Assembly: GCA_012026655.1 (NCBI GenBank)
Contig: JAAILG010000011.1
Span: 62,001 to 126,000 of the forward strand
Direction: 5' to 3'
Origin: Hydrolagus affinis
Lineage: Eukaryota
Length of the DNA: 64,000 nucleotides
Shown here: in pieces, positions 1 to 13,690 of the stretch
Numbering within the stretch: position 1 is the first letter of the stretch
Layout of the letters: each line of letters starts with the position of its first letter
Made by a program: the position numbers and the translations under genes
Notes under the pieces: model-generated
The model's input: the letters and a program-made list of their open reading frames with translations, nothing else
Databases searched by the model: none
What the model was told of the DNA's origin: nothing

Positions 1-1401
1 GGTGAAGAGACCTGTAAATAGATTGTGATTTGCCCCAGAGCCATGAAAAGTATGGGGATGGGTGAGCGACATCTTGAGAGAAGTGAAAGGCAGGTAAGTG
101 TGTTACTGGATGGAGTTTGAAGGGAGTTTGCCATAAATTCAATCCAGTGGAGTGGTTATTCTGATCCACAAGAGGGAGACAATCGTGCCTGTTTCAGGTT
201 TGGAGAAACAGCTTGATCTTAATATCTCACTGCTGGGCAAGGCTGTGCTAAAGTGGTTTTAGAACAGTTGTTGAGAAAGATTTTACAGATAAACTGAGAT
301 TACAACAATCAGAACCTGATCTGAAAGTTGTCACACGGTGTGAGAATGTTAAGTGCAGTTCTACTCTCTCTCTCACTCTGCCTAGAGCTACTACAACAAC
401 AACTTGGATTTATACAGTGCCCTCCACGCCAGGCGGCATCTCAGAGCGCTTCGATTTACCCCTTGGCTTGTGAAGCAGTGCCACACGCTGCACTTTTGTA
501 ATGTAAGGTTAACGGCAAATTAATGATATACACTGATACTTTTTGTAAGAAGTCCTGAGGGCTAAATATTTACATGGAAAAACCTCACTGACTTGCAAAT
601 GAAGTTGACAATGGGGAGCGAAATCATGCCGTGAATTTAATATGCCTAATCCAAAGTAATGTGCATTTGAAGATGACTGATTCAACAATGGAGAGGGTCT
701 TGGCTCGAACATCAATCGGAATTATTTAACAGCATGAATTTCCTATAATTCAATGATTCCTCTGATGTTGTGTAATGGTCAGAAACAACATGCACATACT
801 GTTAATTTGATTCAAGCCTAAATTCTGCCTGCCTTCAGGGGGTTCCTAAAGATCCTGTGATGCTATACAGGGACAAATGGAGGGAGTTTCTCGTCCTGCT
901 CTCGGACAACAATTTTTCATCGGTCACTCAACTATGGGCTGCTTTGTCAGATTTCTCCCACGAATATACAGTCAATACACTTTACAGCATATTCTGTGAA
1001 GCAGTTTGAGACATCGAAAAATGTGAAAAGCTTTATGTCAAATGCGAGGATGATTATTATTATTATGCTATGTTCTAAATGGCTACTAAATTTACTGTAC
1101 CTACAATAAAATCAGTCAATGCCCTTGACAGTAATTATTGCAAAGCGATTTTGAGTTGCTTTATATATGAAAATGCAAGTTCTTTCTCCCTGAATCTCAA
1201 AACCCAGTAAGTCCTTTACATTGGGGGCTGGGAACCATTGAATTGCGGCAACATCGACGCAGACCACGGGGGAGAGGGGCCCATTACAAACTTTAATTCA
1301 GAAGATTGGTTTGGATGAAGAATGCTCTGATATCATCCTTCCAGAGTACCCACTTGCCTGTCTTCCCATCACAGCATTGAGCTATATTTTTAAATGAGTG
1401 C

Positions 1402-1729
1402 AATAATAATGATAATCCTTGCATTTGTTATAACACTTTTCACGTCTTCTAGACGTCTCAAAGCGCTTCACAGAATATACTGTAAAGTGAATTGCCTGTA
1501 TATTTGTGCGCGAAACGCGAAACACAACAGCCAATTGCACACAGCAGTGTCCCACAAACAGTCGTGGACTGGGTGACCAAAATATTGTTTTTTTTTCAAG
1601 GGATTATTATCAGGCATGTGGAGGAAGGAAACTTGCCCAAGGTTTCGTCGTGCCTAGAATCGAACCCAGGTCGAACCCAGGTCTCTTGCTTGTAAGGCGA
1701 GTGCTCTAACCACTGATCTACAGGACTCC
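1402..1729 (-). mobile_element. tRNA-derived SINE, young family, near full length
   Basis: Reverse complement gives GGAGTCCTGTAG..TCAGTGGTTAGAGC (A box), GGTTCGA (B box), body GGGACACTGCTGTGTGCAATTGGCTG and an (ATT)n tail; homologous to >10 other copies in the window. Confidence 0.9.
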
Positions 1730-2058
1730 TTCAATGTTCCTAACCTCAACCATCCTTCTCAGTAACCTGTTCTAATTGTTAATTTCCATCTAGCTAAAGA
1801 GAACCTTCCTGATGTCTGAACTGAAATTGCCCTTTACATCTGTGTCCTTTTGGTTCTATTGTCTCGGTACACCTTAAAGTATTGTTGTGGATTTATGTTT
1901 AAGATAAAGATTAAGAGAAAGACTGATCAGGTGAAGCTACAGAAGCAGTAGTGTTCAAACCTGGTGGGGGGAAAAAGCATCAGTCTTTCTGTTTAAGAAT
2001 GTTGCAGGTGATATTTAGCTGTTTATCGTGGCTTGAGAATTTCTTTATGTGCTTGAGA

Positions 2059-2294
2059 ATACTGTATATTTGTGGGTGAAACCTTGGCAGCCAATTGCGC
2101 ACAGCAGTGTCCCACAAACAATCGTGGATTGAAATGACCGATTTTATTATTGTGTTTTTTTTTGGAAGGATTATTATTAGGCGCGTGTGTGGAGTAAGGA
2201 AACTTGCCCACGGTTTCGCCCTGACCTGCCTGGATTCGAACGCAGGTCTCGCGCTTGTAAGGCGAGCGCTCTAACCACTGAGCTGCAGGACTCC
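2059..2294 (-). mobile_element. tRNA-derived SINE, 3' tail missing
   Basis: Same head and body as the 1402 copy. Confidence 0.88.
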
Positions 2295-3612
2295 ATGGCC
2301 GCACTCATAGGATGCCATCTCCGCAGGTTATGTCGGGCATAGCCTTTGCAAAACTGTCTTTAAGTTTGGGTTCAACCCTGTCTTTCTTTGCAGCTAACAA
2401 ATAAGTAGATCTAGTGCAACCACTGAAATCTAGTCTAACCCTTGACAGATTGGTCCTTTCCCCTGCTTTGGCAGCTATGACTGGCACAGATGTTATCCCC
2501 TCTCCACCCCCCCTCAACACCCTGTATAGGATTCAACCCCACAGCCCTGATGATAAGTAAATGTTCACAAACTGTACACTTACACAGCCTGAATGAAGAC
2601 TTCATTTTAATCTGCCTGAGTGAGCAGCAGGGAGCATAGAGGGACCCCCCACCCACCCACCACCACCTCTCTATCTCTCTCCCCCACCCTCCCCTTCCCC
2701 ACCTCCATCGTAAGACAGACATTGTTCTGCCAGGGAGTGAAGATAGGAGCCATTTCATCAACAGCTGCTGAAATGAGGGAAAGTAGATACCGGTAAGAGC
2801 ACATTTAGACACTTCCTTAAGCCTTTGTTATGCATTACAGCGCGACTGATGGGTGTGTGCCCTTGCAAAAGGCACTGACAGCCTGAGTGAGTTAGTTGAG
2901 TGTCTGTCTGTGGTCAGGGGCTAGATGCTTCCTCTTTCTCTCGACCCCAGTCTCTCTCTTAGTGCCTTTGTTTCAGTCTGTGATCCAGTCTCTGATCTGC
3001 CTGGACCCTCACTCAGCAGCTCCACTTGCTGCAACAATGCAAGTTTGGAAGGTGCTGAGGGAGGCAGAGAGAGAAACACAGACAGAGAGAGATAGAGAGA
3101 GAATGAGTGAGTGAGAGAGAGAGAGAGAGAAAGATTCTCACTCGAGTCTGAAGCCCATTCATAAAGGCTGCCGATTGCATTTCTGCTTTTGGACTGATTG
3201 TGGATGGTGTGATGGTGAAGGCAATTCCACCTCTTCCCCCCTCCCACCCCCCCCCAACCCACTCTGCTGCAATCTCAGTGTACAAATATCCATCCTTGAC
3301 ATATATAAAAGATAACATGGCTTTGCAAACAAAAACACTTGGTTTGTTACTGTCCCTGGGAATGGTTTACGGGTGAGAATCGATCTCAGTTTATCTTTTA
3401 CGAGGTGTAAACCCAGCGCCTGTTTCACGTTGATGGTGTAAATCAGTGTGATTGGGAGAGTGCAAACTGCCCTGGTTCTGTGCTGTGATGTTGAGGTACT
3501 CAGAGTGACTCTGATTTGGGGTCTGCATCCCTGACCCAAGCCTGAGCGGGGCAGCGAACCGCTGAGAAAATTCATGGGACTGTGTGCGTTTTAAAAAAAC
3601 CAATCATAATTA

Positions 3613-3920
3613 GGAGTCCTGTAGCTCAGTGGTTAGAGCACTCGCCTTACAAGCGTGAGACCCGTGTTCGAAACCAGGCAAATCAGGGCGAAGCCTTGGG
3701 CAACTTTTCCTTGATCAACACACGCCTAATAATAATCCCTTTAAAAAAAAACAATAATAATTTGGTCATTTCAATCCCCGACTGTTTGTGGGACACTGGC
3801 GTGCGCAATTGGCGGCTGCGTTCTGCCCGCGAACATGCAGTCAGCTCACTTTACGGTTATGTTCTGTGAAGGGCTTCGAGACGTCTAAATGATGGGAAAA
3901 GCGCTCTATCCAATGCAGAG
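3613..3920 (+). mobile_element. tRNA-derived SINE, near full length
   Basis: GGAGTCCTGTAGCTCAGTGGTTAGAGCACTCGCCTTACAAGCGTGAGACCCGTGTTCGA... with family body and tail. Confidence 0.9.
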
Positions 3921-5883
3921 ATGGTTGCTATTGTATTTGATGCAGTGCCCGTCACAGCAGTAGGACATCTCACAGAGCTTCACAGCATTTGGTGACTACA
4001 TTTCGTGGGTAAAAAGCGGCGGCCAATCTTCTATGTGGAGATATTCATTCCACAAATATCCGTAAAGTGCATGACCAATTCTATTGTTAGCCAGTAAACC
4101 GGGAGAAACAATCCTTTCTTTGCAAATAGTGCAATGTGAATTTTACCACCACCCCCCCCATCCCCACCCCACTAATGGATAGATAGGACTTCAATGAAGT
4201 GTTTCATCCTACGGGTGGCACCTCTGATAATAATAATATTATTGTCCCAATACTGCATTAGAGTGTTAGCCGAGACTACAAGCTCCTACAACCTTCTGAG
4301 CCAGCTTGATAACTTTAGGCACATTTCCTAACTCCACCCACAAGCCTCTATTTACCTAACAGTAAGAAAACAGTAAGTAGAAACCCGGTTGTTAGTCGAT
4401 TGGCATATTGCTTCTCTGTAGGAATAATCTATCCCCCCCCCAAATTGGTCATTTCACTGCTGTGCACAATTGACTGCCACATTTCGCCCACAAAATACAT
4501 ATACTTTACAGTATATTTTGCAAAGCGCTCTGAAGCATCGTGAAGATGTGATAAGGCGCTGAATCAAATACAAGGTTTGGTATTATAACTCCTTTAGCTC
4601 GTCTTATAATTAAACTTGTAGCTGCAGATATCCCCAATCTCCTCCATCGTCAAAAGAACAGTCCAATTCTCTCTTTAAAAATGATTATTCCGGCTTCACT
4701 CCCTGACTAACAGCTTCAAATGTCAACCACTCTTTGCACAAAGTAGCAAAACCTAAGCTATCTATTCACATACCCTCTTCCCCAGTCTGAGCGGGTGGCA
4801 TCTTGAGCATATTGAATAAGGTCTTGGATTCTAACTGATCCACATCATGTAGCATGCAGCGAGCTTCAATATGGATCGGAAGGTTGGGCAATGTAGCAAT
4901 GAGTTTAGGTCTGATTGTATTGATGTAGATCCAGTGCCAGAGAGTACAGACATGAATTGTGAACAACCCCAGACTTTGAGCCTTATAAAGTTACACCTCT
5001 CCTCCAGTAGAGCTTATGGCTTAAAATACTGTCACGTTAAATTTACGGAGCAAATCTATTCCAAGATGCCTGCCTGTTGAGTAGAAGTGCTGAGGATTGT
5101 GTGTGTGTTCCTCCCCACCCACACAAAAAAAGGATGCTGTGACTAGCTCTTCAGTTACAAGCTGTGGTGCAATTTCATAACTTAATGGACTCCTGCGGAA
5201 CAAAGGAAGGTTAATGCTTTTATAATGCATCTAGAGGCTTGATCAGCATTGATGCTGATGATTTAAGAATAGAGTCAGTCGGTGGGTGTGCTGGCTTTGT
5301 AAGCTTCCTATTAACAGGTAGCACCTTCACGAGGCCTCAGCTCCTGCGAAATGACACACGGTGGATGATTGAAAAATGAAAGCCGGGATGACTTGGGGGT
5401 GGGTGGAGAGGGACACAAACGCACACACACACACGACACACACACAAGTGATTTGAGAGCTGCGTAGTGACTGATTTAAATACTTTAACCACAAAGAATA
5501 TTTTTGAGAATTCTGGAGAGAATATAAAAGGTATTTTTGCTTCTGTTGTCTAACGCGATGTACTCTAAAATCATAAAGATGGTGCCATGATCATCTTACA
5601 CTCTCCAGAGTTAGCAAGTGCCCCCTCCTCTACAGAGCAAACTTGCCTTTGATTTACCAAAAAGCTTACTCTGCTTTGCAACAGTACACAGAAGTGAAGC
5701 GCTCCTGGACGCTACCCCATATTAAGAGTGCCGTGTAAATGCAAGTTGTTGTCGTTGTTAGTGCCTTGCCTCAGGCGGGGAAGGGACAGGGGAGCACAGA
5801 ACACTGGAGGAAGACAGAAAAGAGACTCAAGAATGTATTGGACCAGAAAAAACCACAGCAGCTCATCTGGTCATTCCCACTGC

Positions 5884-5915
<32 letters not shown>

Positions 5916-5925
5916 GATAAATAAT
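5884..5925 (+). repeat. (TAAA)n microsatellite
   Basis: Read directly. Confidence 0.9.
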
Positions 5926-6097
5926 TCTGCGCTACTTTATCCCTCAAGCCCCTAAATCGGAGTCTTTGCCAAAGAACTAGCTAATTCCCTCTTGAATTGT
6001 TGACCCAATTTGCCTCGGCCTTGGCATCTGGCATTTTGGCGTGAGGTTGGGGAGGGCTGAAATAGGGATGATTTGCAAATGTTTCTTTTCTGTACAG

Positions 6098-6422
6098 TGT
6101 TTTTCCATCGTTGCTGTTTGAAAAGAACTCCGAGGGAACTTGGAAGGCGTCCAATGAATCTGGTGTACACAGAGAACGTTTTATGTTAAGTAGCCAGAGT
6201 CAAATGCAAAAACAAAACCCACTGAGTTCTGTGACAACAATAGTACATTTCCTTTTCCATTTCTGTAACAGGAGGTTGAGCCGGATTCTCACTTCACTTC
6301 TCAATACCTCAAATTTTCTATGGCTGTGATTAATTGTTCATCCAGTCTGCCCTTTATTTGGTGTTTTCCCGGATGCGCTGCTATATTCTAAACCTGTAAA
6401 CATCCATTGAGTGGAAGGTGAT
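6098..6422 (+). repeat. Direct repeat copy A (~325 bp)
   Basis: Aligns colinearly to 8044-8372 at roughly 85-90% identity by eye (AAAAGAACTCCGAGGGAACTTGGAAGG...CCATTGAGTGGAA.GTGAT). Confidence 0.93.
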
Positions 6423-8043
6423 TACAGTATATGGTATATAGGAAATGGTACAGCTGGGATCCTTTGCACTGCCTTTAGAGCCTAAAACAGTCCCCCTATT
6501 TTGTCACAACCAGAAGTTGTCTGTCTGTTTTGTTCCTCTCTCACTGAGGAACAGTTTGACAAAACTCACAGATTAGTGTTTGGCTTTCTGACCAGGGTCG
6601 CCGTCTTGTTAGTGATTAAGATTAGGTGGTTAAAAACAAGGTAATTTAATGCTGAGCTTCATTATCCTGTACGAGAATCAGCCTCGGGTGCTGCTCAGAT
6701 TCTGATTATCTACCCAGTTCCAGGAGCCTCATTTTGCCTGCAAACTCACTTCAGCAAAGCCACATTTGAGATTGGTGTCTTGAGCAAAGTTTCAGGCTGA
6801 GTGAGGCACCTGCAGCGCCTTGGGACGTCCTTCTGATGTGAAAGGAACACCAGTATACAGATGTAAGGCGTTGTTGTTGTTGCTGCTGTGTACAAATCTT
6901 TTTGTGAATATCCTGTCCATATTATATGAATGTCTATATCACTTAACATGAGTGTGATGTACTGAACTAATCTTGTTTGCAATATACAGAATGGAACAGT
7001 TTTACTGGCCAGATGATAACTGCAGGATGTTGTGATGAGCTTCAATATTGTGGTTTAGAGAACATCATCTACTCTCTTGCCCGAACTGCGCTCTTCTTCC
7101 TTGCTGGGAGGGATCTATGATTTTAACAATAAATAGCATTCATTCCCTGAGCAGCTGTTTGTATTAAAGTGCTATTTGTGACATTTTCTATGCCTGATTC
7201 CATGAGCTAGACTGTTAGAGGCTGATTGCCAATGGAGTTGACACTGTAAAGAATCTCACACTGTTAATCTCATACTGATGGACTGCGAAAGAAGCTGAGA
7301 TTGATTCTCTTCAACGTTTGTTCTGCTCTCATCTTTTACCCTGTTTTATTCAGCGCTGGCACAAAAAAAAGGGTAATCAGGTTTAAATTTGAAGAGATTG
7401 GGTGTGAAGAATGACAGCTTCAATGATAATTTTATCTTCTGGAGATGTGCATTTGGTCCTCATTTATTCCAGTCTGACACGATAGCAGTTGGCTAAGGCA
7501 ACAATTTGCTAGATAGCACATTTCGAAGGGTTCCTTTTGCTATTTGTAACTTTGATCGAGACATTGTTGTGGCCCAGAAATTATGGAATAAACTTGCAGT
7601 TGCCGGGCTTTTAAACATTCCATGTTCACAAAGCTGACGTGGCTCCTTCGTGATTTCCTCCTGATGTGAAAGGCGCCATATAACTGCAATGTGTTGTTGT
7701 TGAATGGCTCAGTGCAGCGCTGGAACACACACACAGACTGAATGTTACGAGTTTGATGCTGAGTTAGCTGATGGTGACTTTACAGAGACTCGGGTTAGGT
7801 TAGTGGAATTCAAACCAGGATCCCACTCCTGCTTGCACTACTCTCTTTAGGACAGTGAGCTTGATGAGCCAACACTGACAAGGCGACCACACATTAGGGG
7901 CTTGATTAAAACTTTCTCCAGCCGCTTTGCTTAAATGTGATTTGCATATGAGTGGGTCAGAACCCACAGAAGTGGGTGCCTTCCGTTCGGATTTCCTGGG
8001 CAGGATTCTCACTCCTTGAGGCTTGTGTGACTGTGGCTTGTTT

Positions 8044-8372
8044 TGTTTTTCCGCCCATCTCTGCTCTTTCAAAAGAACTCCGAGGGAACTTGGAAGGTGT
8101 CCAGTGAATCTGGTGTACACAGAGAAGGTTTTATGTAAAGTAGCCAGCGTCAAAGGCATAAAACAAACCAACTGAGTTTTGTGACAACAATAATACATTT
8201 CCTTTTCCATTTCTGTAAAAGGAGGTTGAGCCGGACACACACTTCACTTCTCAATACCTCAAATTTTCTATGGCTGTGATTAATTGTTCGCCCTGTCTGC
8301 CCTTTATTTGAGGTACACCAGGATGCACTGCTACATTCTAAATCTGTAAATATCCATTGAGTGGAAAGTGAT
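8044..8372 (+). repeat. Direct repeat copy B (~325 bp)
   Basis: See copy A; offset ~1950 bp. Confidence 0.93.
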
Positions 8373-11300
8373 GGGTGGCGGGGAGAAAGGGAAGAGGCAC
8401 AAAGGAGTATTCAGCTCAGATATTCTGTCAATATAACGTTTCCCAATTTAAGTTGTTTTAATTAAAAACAAATCATTTGATTCACTGCCTTCTGGTTAGG
8501 ACTGAACCTTTCTTGTCACTCAATGATTTAAAAACAAATGTAATTCAATGTTGTGCCCTTTACGAAGCAAAGTGACCTTTTGGTATGTTATTTGAGCCAT
8601 GTCCTAATCCCTGTGGCTGAACTCCTGCAACAATCCGGTGTCACGCTATTCAGTTGTATTCAGAGAGATAGTCACTGTTTTTTTTAAAGGATGTCTCATA
8701 TTCCTACATTTTTAATTATTCAAGCACTGGCTCATGTGGAATCAATTGGCTGTTGTTCAGTTTCAATCTGTGCACATGTTACTCCACTAATGAAAAAGTC
8801 CTGATATGTGTGAGCTTGCTTCTGTGTGTCCCCCATCCTGCATTCATTCCAATGGCATTGAATTCCTCTTTAGGTTATCCCCTTTTAACCCATGTATTGT
8901 CTGACTCTTGTTTTCTTTGTGGTCCACATGGCAGCCAATGAGGTGAGTGTTGGCAGAATATTCCAATGTGGGACAAGTGAGTAACCATAGCCCACTACAA
9001 TTCACAACCTCTGGAGTGGATGAAAGAAAATCATTGATAATAATAAGAATCATCATCGTAATAATCCTGGCATTTGATATTGCGTTTTTCCACATCTTTT
9101 AGACTTCTCAAAGCACTTCACAGAATATACTGTTTGTGGGACATGGCTGTGATATTTTTTGTTTGGCAGATTCGGAGCCATTGACTCTGGAACAATGAAA
9201 TTAAATTTGAAATGTCTGACATTTGTGTTTGAGATGTCTGGACTAGGGAAATGGAGAGCCTTTGATTCTTAAGGCAGATTCACACATAGTCAAGGTCCAA
9301 TCAAAAGAGAAATTGCATTGTCTCCTACTGTTACTGCAGACTAGGTGAGATGTGCAATTCAGATAAACAGCTTCTGACTTTTATCCTTATTGATTCTGTT
9401 GCAGACAGGATTGTGGAGGACAATAGGAGTCTTTCTAACTAACCTTTGATGCTGTTAGAAGTAAGATATTTATACAGAGTTTGCCCACTCATTTGTCAGG
9501 CTTTTCTTATGAATCTTGAAATATAGATGGAATATTAAATCAGATTGCTTTGTGAGATTTAGATGAATTTCAATATATTCCTGATGCTGAGCTCTTACCA
9601 AATATAAAACAGTAAATGCTGAAAAAAATAATGATGATAATAATAATCATTTTATTTGATACAGCTTTTGACATCAGGAGGTCATCTCAAAGCTCTCCAC
9701 AGGATTTATTATACAATGCACCAGCAGATATGTTAATAGGTTAGGTATATCCCTGCATTAAACATGGATGGATCTGTAGGGTGGGTGAGATAAGCAGGGT
9801 GACTGAGCTTCTCTCTCCTATTTGTTTCTAATTCACCTAATCAGTCATCCTTGACTATGGCTTTGCTAAAACCTGGAGTACAGTACAGAACAAGCTGATT
9901 GTATACAGGCAGATTGACTGAAAGTGATGTATGTACTGGAAGATTAATAGTATTTTGCAATGCGCATTTAAAAAATATTCAAGTCCAGAGTGTGCACAAA
10001 CCTGAATTTATTCTATTTGTTGAAATGGGATAACCTGACAGCGATTTGCAAGCATTAACACATTATTGATGCCTCGTTAGCTCCATGGATTCTCAAAGCG
10101 ACTACTGTATGTACCTCACTCAAGCAAGGTATTATTTCTGCTGTCATCCTCACCAGAAGCCAGTTTAATTCAAAACACTGACACTTTCCAGTAAGATTTA
10201 CTTGATAGTAATCGGTGAGGGGGTGGGGGGGGGCGGCATGGTAGACTCTAACAATTTTTTCCCCACATTTTGAAAGGTTACATATTACATACATATTCAG
10301 TCTCATTTCTTGCTGATTGCAAATTTGAAGCTCCATGTGAATTGATTTTGTTCAGTACACATTTTCCAGCTTCTTGCCATTTTCCTCCTTCTTCACCTGA
10401 CCTAAAGGCGTCTCATTCAGCGCCTTGGCTCTATAGGCTTTTGCTCCAGCGCCTTGGGGCGTCCTCTTGACGTAAAAGGTGCTATACGAATATAATGCTG
10501 TTGCTGTTTATTGTTGCCCTTAGCCAAGTGCCCATTTATCACCGACGATGCGGTCAGTGAATGGCATTAGGTATTGAATGATGATGGCGGAAAGATGTTT
10601 GTTAGAGAGCAGACTAACTCTAATCCCTGTGTAAAATACAGTACACACGGAACATCATAAATGAACAGGAAATAAACAAATATTGCATTTGTTGTCAATA
10701 CAAATATAGTATCAGGAAATTGGAGGCTACAGACTGAATTAACATGTACTCCTAGTCAAAGCTGTAAATATGAGCATGATTCAGTGCCCCTAGGACTCCT
10801 TCCAACTCGCCCCCGCTCTACCTTTAAATTCTGCCACTTAACCGACCTCTTCGACACCTACGCATCTATTGTCCCACCTTCCATCTTAGTCCACGATTCC
10901 CTGCCTTTGTAAAGTACTCTGAGATGTTATCCTATATGAAGAGCATTACATAAATACAAGTTGTTAAGTATTAAGGTGTGGTGGAGAAGGACTAAATGGA
11001 TAAATGCTTTTCTGTGTGATGTAAAGTTTGCCAGAAAGAGTCTTTACCCAGTACAGGTGGTGTGAATTACAGACCTTTCATTATCATATACAATTCGAAG
11101 CTTAATGCTTTAAGGCATACAATTATTTGATTGTTAAGTTTCATTAAAAGCAGTAAGAATGAACTAAACCGATATTACCCGATTTCATTGGGGAAGGGCT
11201 TGACCACCAGCTGTTCACAACTGTTCTTCCTACGATAATTCCAATGATTCCAAAGCTCCATCTTTCTTTTATAAGAAAAGACGTGAAAGGCAATGTAATT

Positions 11301-13411
11301 TTGTTGTTTGTTGTTGATGTATGTCTAACTCCATCTCCCCTTGTCACAGAGAAAGGCCCACCTTTTGCAGGCTTCCGAGAACCTTTATCAGGCTTTTCAG
11401 AGGGTGATCTGGATAGCTTTTTGGGAAGATTCTGTCATCTCCCTGTTTCCCTGATGGTGATACTAAAATCTAACCTGCAGAATTTATCTTGAACCCAGGG
11501 ATGAGTTTGTTACAGGAAAAGCTCTTCAACTACCTCATCATTAACACAAAACTTAATTAAAACATGATTGTTATGGAACATGAATTTGTTATGCAGAATA
11601 ACCGTCAATATATATTTGCCTTTGATACTGGTAATTGGCACATATACCTCTCAGGGGCCCCTAAATTAAGTGTTTGGTTACATTCTAAAAGTATATCAAT
11701 TAAAAAACCTAAAAAAAACACTAAACATCACAAATATAATCTTATGGTGATGGGCTGTAAATAGAGGAAAATTAGGTATATTTCCCCCGAGAAGTGATTC
11801 CCAGGAGAACAAAACATCATGCCTCTGAGAACACTCCGCAAAGCAGCAAACATCCAACGTAATGAAGCTGCTCAGAAATAGATAGACATGAAAGGACAGA
11901 ACAGTTACAGCCACTTAATCACATGATGTGGCTATAAAGTATACTGATATTTACAGTTATCAAAGTAAATGATTTAGCAATGTCAGGCAAACAATAAAAT
12001 GTAAAACTAATAAAGTGGCTTTATCTATCAAACTAAGACTGCATTGGATGATTTAAAGGTAAAGGAGAGCTTAACCTGCTCCCTCTACCCCAATGGATGT
12101 CAATAATTGTTTAGCAGAAAAATGTGGCTTACAAAATTCAACAGAAAGCCATCCAGTAAGAGTTCTTACAACACAAAATCCAGCATCTAATGAGGACTAG
12201 CTCAACCAAATAGTTATTCAGATCTATAAAAGAGGATTGTTCGGGCATCTTTTTCTCATCTCGTTCCCCTCAATTTTCTCCTCCACGTAATTTGGCATTT
12301 CTAAACCATTCATTGCTTTCCCAGGAAATCTCAACACTCAGACTCACAGCTTTGACGTTTGGAATCCCATCTTCTATCGCTAACCCTCTCTCTTCCATTT
12401 TTACCTATGAGTCCTTAATCTTTAATTAGCACAGTATTAATATAATTAACAAGAGCAACAAATTGGAACAGCGACTTATCGAACAAAGCATGCTTATGTC
12501 TAAAGTAAAAGAGGTAGATTTTACAGCAGAGGGCAGTGTTGAAATGTATGTCTTCCTTAGGGGCAAAGGAGTCTTCAATAGGTTTGTACTTTTACTTGGC
12601 TTGTGCTTTCCATGGACAGGGATGGGCTGTAGTTTCTTTCCCTACTGTTTGAGGGAAACTGTAGGACATTTGAAGTCACTAATATTGTCCTGCACTTTCC
12701 CTCAAACATGGCAAATCTGTTCTGTTTAGGGTTTTTGTTTCGCAGTCAAGCTTTTATCGTTTGGGTGGCAAAATTATGTAAAGCACCTCTCTTACATGCT
12801 CATCAGTCAAATGTTGTGTCCGTGTATATCCGTGTGATCTCTCACTGCTTGGGAGTTTGAGATAATTGAAGCAGGATTGCAGATTGACTGAAACCATCTT
12901 GGTGTCACATGTCTGGTTGAGAGACAGACCAATTGCTTACCTCTTGTCCACTGTCTGTGGAGTTGATCTGACTCTTCCCCCAGCAGTGGCTTTGGGAAAC
13001 CCAAGCACTTGCCAATGTACTGGTTTAGTCTTGTAACTTGTCACCTGATCACTTATTGATCTTTGAAAAGAGCTGAAACTGCATTGTGTAACACTAACCA
13101 GAAGTATCCCTTCCAAACCAAAGTGCGCAGTGGTGGTGGAAACATTGGCAACAGGAACTGACAAGATTGCCTCCATCAAAGAGGCTCAGTTGGTCACAGG
13201 TTGTCTGTTAGAGTAATTGTTCTACAGTTGGATGGCCACAGTCCAGTACTGAGCATGTCAAACTCAAACCAAAGTGGCCTATTAATAGCAAGCAAACGTT
13301 CACCTCCTCCCAGCTACCCCAAACAGTCATGCCAGTTTTTAGCCCCTGAAACTCTTCATTTGAGCAGAGCAATAATCTCTTACTTTGAAGTATGCCCATA
13401 TTTTTAAATTT

Positions 13412-13690
13412 CATAATCATAATAATCATTGCATTTGATGCAGTGCCTTATCACGTCATTGAGATGTTTCAAAACACTTCACAGAATGTATCGTAAAGTT
13501 GATTAACTCTGTATTTTGTGGGCAAAATGCAGCAGCCAATTGTGTACAGCAGTGCCCCACAATCAGCCGTGGATTGAATGACCAAATTATAATTATTTTT
13601 GTTGGAAGGGATTATTATTCCAGAAAAGCATCAATCAACTAAGAACTGGGTTTCTACATACTGCAAGGCAAACATAGGCATGTGCATCTA
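13412..13690 (-). mobile_element. SINE, long variant, head missing
   Basis: Family tail and body plus the extra internal segment (AAAAGCATCAATCAACTAAGAACTGGG...). Confidence 0.75.

Noticed and set aside
3613-3690. tRNA-Val(TAC)/Ala(TGC)-like genes at SINE heads (also 26702, 33415, 36530, 38116, 56705 and the minus copies)
   Set aside because: A and B boxes and the anticodon arm are present, but there is no proper acceptor stem. The anticodon varies between copies, and each head continues into SINE body, so these are SINE heads and not tRNA genes.
7800-8240. 146-aa minus-strand ORF overlapping repeat copy B
   Set aside because: It has a non-ATG start, no recognisable domain, and is not preserved at full length in copy A.
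6098-8372. LTR retrotransposon interpretation of the direct repeats
   Set aside because: I found no clear TG..CA termini, PBS, PPT, TSD or internal gag/pol remnants.
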